A stretch of DNA of 64,000 nucleotides from a virus (Duplodnaviria; Caudoviricetes), in IMG/VR virus record IMGVR_UViG_3300016649_000355; one strand, 5' to 3'. Under the pieces are notes generated by a model. The model worked only from the letters and a program-made list of their open reading frames with translations. It searched no databases and was not told where the DNA came from. The number at the start of each line of letters is the position of its first letter. Positions within the stretch are counted from its first letter, which is position 1. A program made the translations under genes and the position numbers. Shown one piece after another: positions 38,325 through 46,908 of the stretch.

Positions 38325-39063
38325 AATCGTCTTAGTGACCGGGGGGTTTGATCCCATACATAGCGGTCACATACAATATATAAAAGAAGCCAAAACGCTA
38401 GGACAGATTTTAATCGTAGGTCTTAATAGTGATGAATGGTTGACTCGCAAAAAAGGTCAACCTTTCATGTGTTTTGATGAAAGAAAATCTATTCTAGAAG
38501 AATTCGCAAGTGTGGATGAGGTCATTGGTTATGATGACAGTGACAATAGTAGTAAGAATGCTATCATTAAAGTCAGGCAAAAATATCCTGATGCTACTAT
38601 CATCTTTGCTAATGGTGGAGATCGCACAAAAGAAAATATTCCAGAAATGGATATCAATGATTCTAACATAAAATTTGCATTCGGCATAGGTGGAGACTAC
38701 AAGAAAAACTCTAGTAGTTGGATACTCCGTGAATGGAAGGAACCCAAGACAATAAGATCATGGGGACATTATAGAGTATTATACGACATCAACGGATGTA
38801 AAGTTAAAGAATTAGTAGTTGACCCTGATAAATCACTAAGCATGCAAAAACATAATGAAAGATCAGAGTTATGGTTTGTAAGCGAAGGAAAATGCAAGGT
38901 GGATTTTGATACAGGAATTCCCATGTATCTTACCGAGCATACCGACACTAAAATTTTCAGAACTCAATGGCATAGACTATATAATCCATATGACAAACCT
39001 TGCAAGATAGTTGAAATACAATATGGAACAAATTGCAGTGAAACAGATATTGAGAGGAAATAA
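38308..39063 (+). CDS. Cytidylyltransferase + mannose-6-phosphate isomerase-type cupin fusion
   Basis: TGGFDPIHSGH; FANGGDR; RSWGHYRVL...LSMQKHNERSELW. Confidence 0.85.
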   Translation: MVKIHKIVLVTGGFDPIHSGHIQYIKEAKTLGQILIVGLNSDEWLTRKKGQPFMCFDERKSILEEFASVDEVIGYDDSDNSSKNAIIKVRQKYPDATIIFANGGDRTKENIPEMDINDSNIKFAFGIGGDYKKNSSSWILREWKEPKTIRSWGHYRVLYDINGCKVKELVVDPDKSLSMQKHNERSELWFVSEGKCKVDFDTGIPMYLTEHTDTKIFRTQWHRLYNPYDKPCKIVEIQYGTNCSETDIERK

Positions 39064-40238
39064 TGCGTAAATTATATTATATGGGTCTTGAACCATATAA
39101 AAGTAGATATACACTACAGTTACAAAATTGGAATATTGAAAAATTCATCAATAGGAAAGTAAATTTTTCTATAGTTCCCGGAGATACATTATCAAGCGAT
39201 GAATCTATCGTGGTAGGACAAGTATTAGATGCGCATGGCCGCAGCTATTTTTCCATGAGCCAGATGATGAATTTAATAAAAATGATGAAACAGGGAGAAA
39301 TTAATAATGAAGATGTGATTTATTTTGAAGATATGTTTCAACCTGGTATCGAGTCATTACCTTATATTCTCGATCAAATCGATCCTAGTTATCGTCCTCG
39401 CATTTTTGTCCGTTGTCTTGCTCAATCCATTGATCCTGATGATTTCGTACATGTATGGGGTATGGAAAAATGGATGGGTTACTATGAAAAGATGGTTAAT
39501 GAATTTGTAGATGGTATATTGGCTACTAATGAGGAAATGGTAGCACATATGAAGATTGCAGGTTGGACTGCTCCCATCTATAATATTAGTGGGCTTGCGT
39601 TCGGTAAAAATGAAGTGAGGTCCAGGGTAGACTTCAAGATAAAAGAATTCAATGAACGATGCATGCGAATAGCATATGCTGCCAGATGGGATCAAGAAAA
39701 ACAACCTGATTTCTTCATGGATTTAGTTGAAGAATGGCATAAACGATTTGGTGATAATGTAGAGTTCGCTGTTTTTTCGGGCGGCGAATTAAGATCAAAC
39801 AATACTAGCTACATGGAAAGAACTTTGGATCTGGTAGAAAAGGGACAACTAAAAATATATGAAAACTTAGATAAGACTATTTACTATACTATGCTCAATG
39901 ATAGCAGGGTTCTTTTCAATTGTGCATTACAAGATTGGGTATCAAATACGGTTAGCGAAGCAGATGCCTTAGGATGTAATGTATTATATCCAGCTTATCG
40001 CAGTTTTCCAGAAACATTCGCAAATGATCATACAAGAATGTATGTGCCATGGAGTTTAGAAGATGCTATAGGAAAGATGCATGAACTATTGATCAAGCCT
40101 CATTATAATATGGGAAAAATCAGCGATTATAATGATAAAACTATCGATAGAATCATAGACATCATCGAAGGCAAGGGCATACAATATTTGAGAAATTCAG
40201 TGGATTACAGAAAACATGCAAGACAATCAAAATATTAA
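39063..40238 (+). CDS. GT-B glycosyltransferase
   Basis: ARWDQEKQP, QDWVSNTVSEADALGC..LYP GT4-like C-terminal motifs. Confidence 0.7.
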   Translation: MRKLYYMGLEPYKSRYTLQLQNWNIEKFINRKVNFSIVPGDTLSSDESIVVGQVLDAHGRSYFSMSQMMNLIKMMKQGEINNEDVIYFEDMFQPGIESLPYILDQIDPSYRPRIFVRCLAQSIDPDDFVHVWGMEKWMGYYEKMVNEFVDGILATNEEMVAHMKIAGWTAPIYNISGLAFGKNEVRSRVDFKIKEFNERCMRIAYAARWDQEKQPDFFMDLVEEWHKRFGDNVEFAVFSGGELRSNNTSYMERTLDLVEKGQLKIYENLDKTIYYTMLNDSRVLFNCALQDWVSNTVSEADALGCNVLYPAYRSFPETFANDHTRMYVPWSLEDAIGKMHELLIKPHYNMGKISDYNDKTIDRIIDIIEGKGIQYLRNSVDYRKHARQSKY

Positions 40239-41052
40239 AATTGTATTGACGGGTGGATGTAGTTTTAGTCAGGTTCCAAACAAAGATGTAACATGGCCCG
40301 TACATTTATGCGAAGCTCTAGGATTAAAAGGAATATATGGCGGGAGGGGCGCGGCTGGTAACGGGATCATAAGTAGAATGGCTACTTATAACTTAGTAGA
40401 ATTATTAAAGACATATAAACCAGAAGAAATATTAGTTGGAATAATGTGGTCAAGTGCGGATCGCTTTGACATGTACAATGATGATGAAAATTTCCCACAT
40501 ACGCCAATCTTTTATGGTGATGATCACGAAGTTTATAGAAATCCCATCAAAATAGCAGGAAAACATAAACATTATATTTTTAACCATCATTGGAATGATG
40601 AATCATCATTAATACTTTATAAAAAGTTATATGATCCATGGCATGGATATATCATAGCTATGGAACATATTTTAAGAATGCAATACATGCTTAAAAGTAT
40701 GGGTATAAAATATTTTTTTTGTTTTTATGACAAAGATGCTTTTCCATCTGAGGAAAACTTAGAAAATCCTGATTTAAAATACATTTATGATCTTATAGAT
40801 TTTAACAATTTTCTTAGGATTGAATCATGTTTTATGTTCGCAAAAGATATTTCAAAATATGATTTTGCAAGATTAAAAGATTTCAATGATAAGCATCCTA
40901 GTTCAGAACAACATAGAGACTTTACTAACCAATTTATTTTACCCTATCTAGTTGAAAAAGAGTACATAAAATCTTATACTCCATTAGAGATCGATAAATA
41001 TTCTATGTCACGCAACGGTGGCAAAATCTTATTAAAAACTGTATCCGTGTAA
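40216..41052 (+). CDS. SGNH hydrolase-like protein (paralog family)
   Basis: TGGCSFS, GAAGNGII, HPSSEQH; 3' end runs over a late promoter. Confidence 0.55.
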   Translation: MQDNQNIKIVLTGGCSFSQVPNKDVTWPVHLCEALGLKGIYGGRGAAGNGIISRMATYNLVELLKTYKPEEILVGIMWSSADRFDMYNDDENFPHTPIFYGDDHEVYRNPIKIAGKHKHYIFNHHWNDESSLILYKKLYDPWHGYIIAMEHILRMQYMLKSMGIKYFFCFYDKDAFPSEENLENPDLKYIYDLIDFNNFLRIESCFMFAKDISKYDFARLKDFNDKHPSSEQHRDFTNQFILPYLVEKEYIKSYTPLEIDKYSMSRNGGKILLKTVSV

Positions 41053-41139
41053 GGAAGGACTAAATACTATTGCTATACAAAGATAGCAAAATTACCGAAA
41101 GGTCGTTGAGCATTTACGATAGATGCTTTGGAGCGAGAT

Positions 41140-41811
41140 ATGTATAAATTATATAAAATAACCAATACAGTAAACGGAAAACTGTATATCGGTATTACAA
41201 AATTACCCATACAACAGCGGTGGGCTAAACATCTAAAAGATTCACTTTTTCCCAAATATCCACTACATCATGCGATAAACAAATACGGGAAAGAAAACTT
41301 CATTGTAGAATTGTTAGAAGAATCAATCGACCGAGCATATATAAGCAATCTAGAAGAACCGTCAATACTAAAATATAATAGTAGAAATAACGGATATAAT
41401 GTTGCTAAGGGCGGATATGGCGGTGATTTAGGTACTGAAGCAAGAGCAAAAAGTTTAGAAACAATAAAAAATTGGTCCGATGAGAAGAAAGCGGAACATA
41501 AGCAAAAACTACATGAAAGAAATTTAGGCAAAACAAAGTACAACGATTTAGGCAGATTGCATCAGTCAGAAAAAATAAAAGGTAATACTTTTAGAAAAGG
41601 AATACCGCATGATACTGAGGTTAAACAAAAGATATCGTCAAAAAATAAAGGAAAAATTCGTTCCGAACAATCTAGACTAAAGTATAGAAATAGTGCTAAA
41701 CTAAGAGGAACAGGCCCGCAGTTACAAGGTAAAAAAGTTGGTTGTATCTGCTGCCAAAAAGAATGGGATTTAGGTAATTTTTCACAACATATAAAAAGGA
41801 AGTCATTATGA
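41140..41811 (+). mobile_element. Free-standing GIY-YIG homing endonuclease (seg-like)
   Basis: LYKITNTVNGKLYIGIT, NGYN, NUMOD3-like HxxExKQKIS. Confidence 0.88.
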
Positions 41812-42485
41812 GTTTCAACAAAACTAAGGCAGACCCTGAATTAGGTAAAAAAGTTCACGAATATTTAGTAAAAGTCGGTGTCGAAACTCCCACTATCTTT
41901 AACGGTTTGAGTCGCACCGATAAAATTGAGATTATTGAAAAAAAGTTCATAGATATTATGAACACGCTAGGACTTGATTTATCAGACGATAGTTTAGCAG
42001 AAACACCTAAGCGTGTAGCAAAAATGTATGTTGGAGAAATTTTTTGGGGCCTTGACTATGAAGCATTTCCAAAATGCACAACAGTCGATAACAAAATGAA
42101 GTATAACGAAATGGTGGTAGAGAGAAATGTATCTGTACAAAGTAATTGTGAGCATCACTTTGTTGTTATTGACGGTCTGGCAACTGTGGCATATGTACCA
42201 AAAAACAAAGTGCTTGGACTGTCTAAAATCAACCGCATCGTTGAGTATTTCAGCAAAAGACCACAAATCCAAGAACGGTTGACTGAACAGATTTTTCACA
42301 CATTGCAATACATCCTGGAGACTGAAGATGTTGCAGTCATGATTGACGCACAACATTACTGTGTAAAATCTAGGGGAGTAGAAGATACGGGTAGTTCTAC
42401 CGTGACTGTTAGATTAGGCGGTGGATTCAAGAGCGACCCAGCAGCTAGGAATGAATTCTTGAGCATTGCGAGGATGAAAAAATGA
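41808..42485 (+). CDS. folE: GTP cyclohydrolase I
   Basis: ETPKRVAKMY, SNCEHH, GLSKINRIV, QIQERLT, HYCVKSRG. Confidence 0.96.
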   Translation: MSFNKTKADPELGKKVHEYLVKVGVETPTIFNGLSRTDKIEIIEKKFIDIMNTLGLDLSDDSLAETPKRVAKMYVGEIFWGLDYEAFPKCTTVDNKMKYNEMVVERNVSVQSNCEHHFVVIDGLATVAYVPKNKVLGLSKINRIVEYFSKRPQIQERLTEQIFHTLQYILETEDVAVMIDAQHYCVKSRGVEDTGSSTVTVRLGGGFKSDPAARNEFLSIARMKK

Positions 42486-42616
42486 TCACTAGTATACTTG
42501 CGTTGTTCGTGATGCTAGCCATGGTTGTATATTTGTTAATTCCTGAAAACAAAAATTGCAATCAGGACTGCAATCAAGGACGAGATTGTGATTGTGGAGA
42601 CAAGAATGGGATTTAG
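42482..42616 (+). CDS. Small membrane protein with Cys motif (44 aa; absent from ORF track)
   Basis: Hydrophobic N-terminus, then CNQDCNQGRDCDC; ATGA overlap. Confidence 0.55.
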   Translation: MITSILALFVMLAMVVYLLIPENKNCNQDCNQGRDCDCGDKNGI

Positions 42617-42842
42617 AAAACCTTTAGATCGTGACTCAATATACCATCAGATTCATATGGCGGGTGTTGAAATAAATAGTCCATATAATGATGGATATAC
42701 TGCATTCGAAGTCAAAAAAGATTTATACAAGATCAAATGGCTCATTGAAGAAATCTTGAATGATAGCGCATATCTCAGCGGAGAAGATGAGTGGGTCGAA
42801 GAACAATCAAAACAACAAATGTGGAGAAAACTTAAAAAATGA
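42606..42842 (+). CDS. Hypothetical protein
   Basis: Tiles operon. Confidence 0.6.
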   Translation: MGFRKPLDRDSIYHQIHMAGVEINSPYNDGYTAFEVKKDLYKIKWLIEEILNDSAYLSGEDEWVEEQSKQQMWRKLKK

Positions 42843-43312
42843 TTTTTAATTATGTGAAAGAAATTAAGCGGCAGGGATTAAAGATTGGCATTACATTCAG
42901 CACATTTGATCTATTACATGCTGGGCATATCGCTATGTTAAGTGAAGCAAAAAATCACTGCGATTATCTTATTGCCGGATTACAAACTGACCCCACAATT
43001 GATCGTCCGGATACTAAAAATCCCCCGGTTCAATCAATCGTCGAGAGACAAATTCAATTGGCAGCTACTAGATATGTAGATGAGATCGTAGTTTATGAGA
43101 CTGAAAAGGATCTACTTGATCTACTATTGATCTTGCCCGTCGATGTTAGAATCCTGGGAGTAGAATACTATGATAAACCCTTTACCGGGAGAGATGAGTG
43201 TATTCAGCGTGGCATTGAGTTGGTGTTCAACGGGCGCGATCATAGTTTTAGCTCAAGCAGTCTGAGGAAAAGAGTGGCTGAAGCGGAAAATAATAAAAAC
43301 AGTTGTTGTTAA
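42839..43312 (+). CDS. Glycerol-3-phosphate cytidylyltransferase-like protein
   Basis: STFDLLHAGH, GLQTDP, YVDEI, RDHSFSSSSLR. Confidence 0.88.
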   Translation: MIFNYVKEIKRQGLKIGITFSTFDLLHAGHIAMLSEAKNHCDYLIAGLQTDPTIDRPDTKNPPVQSIVERQIQLAATRYVDEIVVYETEKDLLDLLLILPVDVRILGVEYYDKPFTGRDECIQRGIELVFNGRDHSFSSSSLRKRVAEAENNKNSCC

Positions 43313-43316
43313 AAAT

Positions 43317-43361
43317 AGCGGTCTTGGCATTCATCCCGCTTTATAAATTCTGCATACCATC
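43317..43361 (+). ncRNA. Candidate H-type pseudoknot leader (preQ1-I-like architecture) upstream of queD
   Basis: P1 AGCGG/CCGCT, 14-nt loop, A-rich tail, possible loop-tail pairing TGGCAT/ATACCA (5 of 6 pairs). Confidence 0.35.
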
Positions 43362-43393
43362 AAACTTGCTCATTTTTTTACAGGAGACTAGAG

Positions 43394-43873
43394 ATGGCAA
43401 AATATATTTCAACTAAAACATATAATCAGATTGGACCGGTCGCATACCGTCAATGGCGTGCGGATAGTCATTGTAATCTTATTCATGGTTACGCATTGAG
43501 TTTTCATTTTGAATTTGAATGTGATGACCTTGATGCCCGTAACTGGTGCATGGATTTCGGTGGCTTGCGTCCACTCAAAGATAAATTGGAAGATTGGTTC
43601 GATCATACTTTATTAGTTGCACAAGATGACCCACATCATGACATATTACTCAATCTAGGTAAACTAGGTATCGCAAAGATTACTGAAGTGGAAAAGACTG
43701 GATGCGAGGGCATCGCAGACTTTTTGTATGAATATATCAATACAATCTTTTTACCTGAATATGGTCGAGTAGAAGCGGATAGAATTTGGTGTTGTAAGGT
43801 AGAAGTACGGGAAACAGATAGTAACATGGCAATGAGAATCGGACATAGAGAGGATAACGAATATAATGATTGA
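43394..43873 (+). CDS. queD: 6-carboxytetrahydropterin synthase
   Basis: HCNLIHGY, WCMDFGG, FDHT, VEVRET. Confidence 0.92.
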   Translation: MAKYISTKTYNQIGPVAYRQWRADSHCNLIHGYALSFHFEFECDDLDARNWCMDFGGLRPLKDKLEDWFDHTLLVAQDDPHHDILLNLGKLGIAKITEVEKTGCEGIADFLYEYINTIFLPEYGRVEADRIWCCKVEVRETDSNMAMRIGHREDNEYND

Positions 43874-44471
43874 AACAATTTGTGAAATTTTTAAAGAAGG
43901 ATATAAAAGGGGTTGGATAACCGCCCGTGATGGTAACGCATCAGTTAGATATAAAGAACAAAATTATTTCTTTGTGACTCCTTCTGGGGTGAGGAAACAA
44001 TTTTTGCAGCCCGAGATGTTTCTAAAAGTTTCAGTCGATGATAGAAATAATCATCAAAGCCTAAGCCAACTGGGAGAAAGTTTAAAGCCTTCAGGTGAAT
44101 TGCCATTGCATCATGGATTGCAGAAACAAATCGATACCGATATTAGGGTAGTATTACACATGCATCCCACATATACAGTATCAGCACTATATAAAGGAAT
44201 AAATCTACAGCAACTATTAGAAGATTTTCCTGAATTAAGTAGGTATACAAGTGTTGCCCCTTCTATCCCACTCATTCCTCCTGTATCCGAAGAACTTGCT
44301 AAAGCCTGCATAGAAAATCTACAAGTAGAGAATGGTAAGATCAAATACAACATCATTGGTATGGACAGACACGGCGTAGTGGCTGTGGATACTAGCCCCT
44401 GGCGTGCTTTCGAGCATATCGAAAGGTTAGAGCATATATCCAAGATCGTTTTAGAATCAGGTAGGATATGA
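43866..44471 (+). CDS. Class II aldolase/adducin family protein
   Basis: DGNAS, VTPSG, PSGELPLH, LHMHPTY, HGVVAV. Confidence 0.85.
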   Translation: MIETICEIFKEGYKRGWITARDGNASVRYKEQNYFFVTPSGVRKQFLQPEMFLKVSVDDRNNHQSLSQLGESLKPSGELPLHHGLQKQIDTDIRVVLHMHPTYTVSALYKGINLQQLLEDFPELSRYTSVAPSIPLIPPVSEELAKACIENLQVENGKIKYNIIGMDRHGVVAVDTSPWRAFEHIERLEHISKIVLESGRI

Positions 44472-44953
44472 AAAAAAGATATGTAAGTTGGGAACAGCAT
44501 ACTAAACTTGTCAACGAGATTTTGCGGCAGATGGCAAAAGATCGTTGGACACCTGATATTGTCGTGGGTATCTCAAGGGGAGGATTATTGCCTGCAAAGA
44601 TGATCAGCCAATATCTTGAAAAGCCATTAGAGATTGTAAAGATTTCATTACGCAATGAGGGAATATGCGAGTCCAATCTTGCTTTGGTAGAAGATGCCTT
44701 GAAGATGAAGCGCATATTGATTGTAGACGATATAAATGACACCGGTGCTACACTGAACTGGTTAAAGGATGATTGGGAAAATCCAAAAAGTTCTAAATGG
44801 TTAAGCATGTGGGGATTCTCAGTAAGGGTAGCAGTGGTATTTGATAATCTAGCAAGCGATTCACAATTGCGTGTCAGCTATCATGGCGAAGAGATCAATA
44901 AACTTGACAATCCAGAATGGATCGTGTTTCCCTGGGAAGACTGGTGGCGATGA
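44468..44953 (+). CDS. Type I phosphoribosyltransferase (purine PRT-like)
   Basis: GISRGGLLPA, ILIVDDINDTGAT, WIVFPWE. Confidence 0.9.
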   Translation: MKKRYVSWEQHTKLVNEILRQMAKDRWTPDIVVGISRGGLLPAKMISQYLEKPLEIVKISLRNEGICESNLALVEDALKMKRILIVDDINDTGATLNWLKDDWENPKSSKWLSMWGFSVRVAVVFDNLASDSQLRVSYHGEEINKLDNPEWIVFPWEDWWR

Positions 44954-45141
44954 ATAGTATAGAAAAAATATGGGCTAGAGCAACGGGACATCTAATGGGT
45001 CAAACTGATGAGGACAGACCCGATGTGCCTATACTCACAGTCAAAGAAGCAAGATTCGCGTTGTTCCTAAAAACTTTCTGGGTATTGATACATGTTATAA
45101 CATGTTTCTTTATCATTGCAAATGTTATAAGGCATTGGTAA
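44950..45141 (+). CDS. Small membrane protein
   Basis: ATGA overlap; C-terminal TM segment. Confidence 0.6.
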   Translation: MNSIEKIWARATGHLMGQTDEDRPDVPILTVKEARFALFLKTFWVLIHVITCFFIIANVIRHW

Positions 45142-45278
45142 TGCGTAAAAATTTATATCTATTTCTATTTTTTTTACTTTTTTTGCTTTTATATTTCACA
45201 GGCGAATATCTCGGATGTGTCAAAATGATCGCAATTAAAAATACACTTTGTGGCCCGGGGAGTTTAAATCTATTATGA
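45141..45278 (+). CDS. Small hydrophobic hypothetical protein
   Basis: Fills the gap; TAATG junction; TM-like N-terminus. Confidence 0.35.
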   Translation: MRKNLYLFLFFLLFLLLYFTGEYLGCVKMIAIKNTLCGPGSLNLL

Positions 45279-45667
45279 TGCGCGATGACTTAATGGTTCA
45301 AGAGCAAATTAATAATGAATGGGAACACATGGTGGGAGTTATCATGTTGAACCAGACACACAGGAAACAAGTAAAAGCAGTATTGCCAGAATTCTTAAAA
45401 AGATTTCCCCATCCAGAATCTGTTGTTAGAAGCAGGATAATTGATATCGAAGAGATCATTAAACCTTTGGGCATGTATAAAGTGAGGGCAAAAAGAATCT
45501 ATCGTATGACTATAGATTACTTGACTTGGGATAAACAAAATGCTAAGATGTTGTATGGAATTGGTAAATACGGTAGTGACAGCTATGAGATATTTTTCAA
45601 GAACAATTATAATGTAGAACCAACTGACAAAGAATTAAAAAGGTATTTAAATGAACATCAAAGTTAG
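45275..45667 (+). CDS. HhH-GPD DNA glycosylase (MBD4/EndoIII-like)
   Basis: IMLNQT, IKPLGMYKVRAKRI, LYGIGKYGSDSYEIF. Confidence 0.82.
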   Translation: MMRDDLMVQEQINNEWEHMVGVIMLNQTHRKQVKAVLPEFLKRFPHPESVVRSRIIDIEEIIKPLGMYKVRAKRIYRMTIDYLTWDKQNAKMLYGIGKYGSDSYEIFFKNNYNVEPTDKELKRYLNEHQS

Positions 45668-46499
45668 TGAATTGTTTTACAGCATTCAGGGAGAAGGAAG
45701 GTACATGGGAGTACCTTCCGTGTTCTTGAGGACATTTGGTTGCAACTTTACATGTGATGGGTTTGGTATGGCTAAAGGCATGAAATCAAATGAGAGAGAT
45801 TTCTTTGCAGCCAATATCATGCGTTATCAAAGCTACAAGAACCTTCCACTAGCTGGTACAGGCTGTGATAGTTATGCTAGCTGGGATCCAAGATTCAAGG
45901 ATCTAAGTCCCATGGTAGAGATCGATGGATTGGTAAATAATATCATGGATATGTTGCCTTATAACGAATGGCGTGATGAACATCTTGTGATCACGGGAGG
46001 TGAACCTTTATTAGGTTGGCAACGAGCATATCCTGAACTACTGGGACATGAAAAGATGCGATCATTGAAACATCTTACATTTGAGACAAATGGGACACAG
46101 ATGTTGACTACTGAGTTCGCAACTTGGCTTCACCGTGAATTCCATCATGATCGTGGAATATATAGCGTGACATTCAGCATCAGTCCTAAATTAAGTGTGA
46201 GCGGTGAGAAGCGTGAAGATGCTATCAAGCCCGAAGTAGTGGCACAACTTGATGAGTATGGATATGCGTATCTTAAATTTGTTGTTGCTAGCGAAGAAGA
46301 TGTAACCGAAGCATTAGAGATGACAGAGCTTTATCGTGATGCAGGGTTCGGTGGTCCAGTATATTTGATGCCTCTGGGAGGCATCGAATCAACATATCAT
46401 ATGAACAAGACACAAGTAGCAAATTTAGCATTGAAGCATGGATTGAGGTACAGCGATAGACTGCATGTGCCATTATTTAAAAACGCCTGGGGAACATAA
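45651..46499 (+). CDS. queE: 7-carboxy-7-deazaguanine synthase (radical SAM)
   Basis: ELFYSIQGEG, RTFGCNFTC...CDS, ITGGEP, ETNGT, SPKL, RLH. Confidence 0.92.
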   Translation: MNIKVSELFYSIQGEGRYMGVPSVFLRTFGCNFTCDGFGMAKGMKSNERDFFAANIMRYQSYKNLPLAGTGCDSYASWDPRFKDLSPMVEIDGLVNNIMDMLPYNEWRDEHLVITGGEPLLGWQRAYPELLGHEKMRSLKHLTFETNGTQMLTTEFATWLHREFHHDRGIYSVTFSISPKLSVSGEKREDAIKPEVVAQLDEYGYAYLKFVVASEEDVTEALEMTELYRDAGFGGPVYLMPLGGIESTYHMNKTQVANLALKHGLRYSDRLHVPLFKNAWGT

Positions 46500-46687
46500 T
46501 GAAAAAGGTTACGATTACTAAAATGCAGTATGAAAAGATCAAAGAAGTATTTGAGATGTATGACACATTAGAGTATATTTCAGTAATAGAGACAAATGAG
46601 AGTGGCATTGGTCCAACGACAAAAATTGAATTTATTCCGCCATCAAACAATGTGGTGGTTGATATCACGGATCTGAGTAGTTGGTAA
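46499..46687 (+). CDS. Hypothetical protein
   Basis: TAATG junction. Confidence 0.55.
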   Translation: MKKVTITKMQYEKIKEVFEMYDTLEYISVIETNESGIGPTTKIEFIPPSNNVVVDITDLSSW

Positions 46688-46908
46688 TGTTTTATAAGGA
46701 TCCTGATATTTTTTGGTATCGTGCAACATGGCGAAGGAAACTTTCTATATTCCCGAGGCGTTGCGCTACATCAAAAGAATTGTTATGGTTCAAGAAAGCA
46801 TATCTAGGACAGACAACATATTTCGGGCCCGGTGATCCTGTAGTAGAAGAACGATGGCTATCAGATAAAGAATATATTTTCAAGAAATTAAAGGGTGAGA
46901 TACTTTGA
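46687..46908 (+). CDS. Hypothetical protein
   Basis: TAATG junction. Confidence 0.55.
   Translation: MFYKDPDIFWYRATWRRKLSIFPRRCATSKELLWFKKAYLGQTTYFGPGDPVVEERWLSDKEYIFKKLKGEIL

Noticed and set aside
41052-41811. Group I intron housing the GIY-YIG gene
   Set aside because: folE is intact from its own ATG, flanking genes are not split, and no intron core elements were recognised
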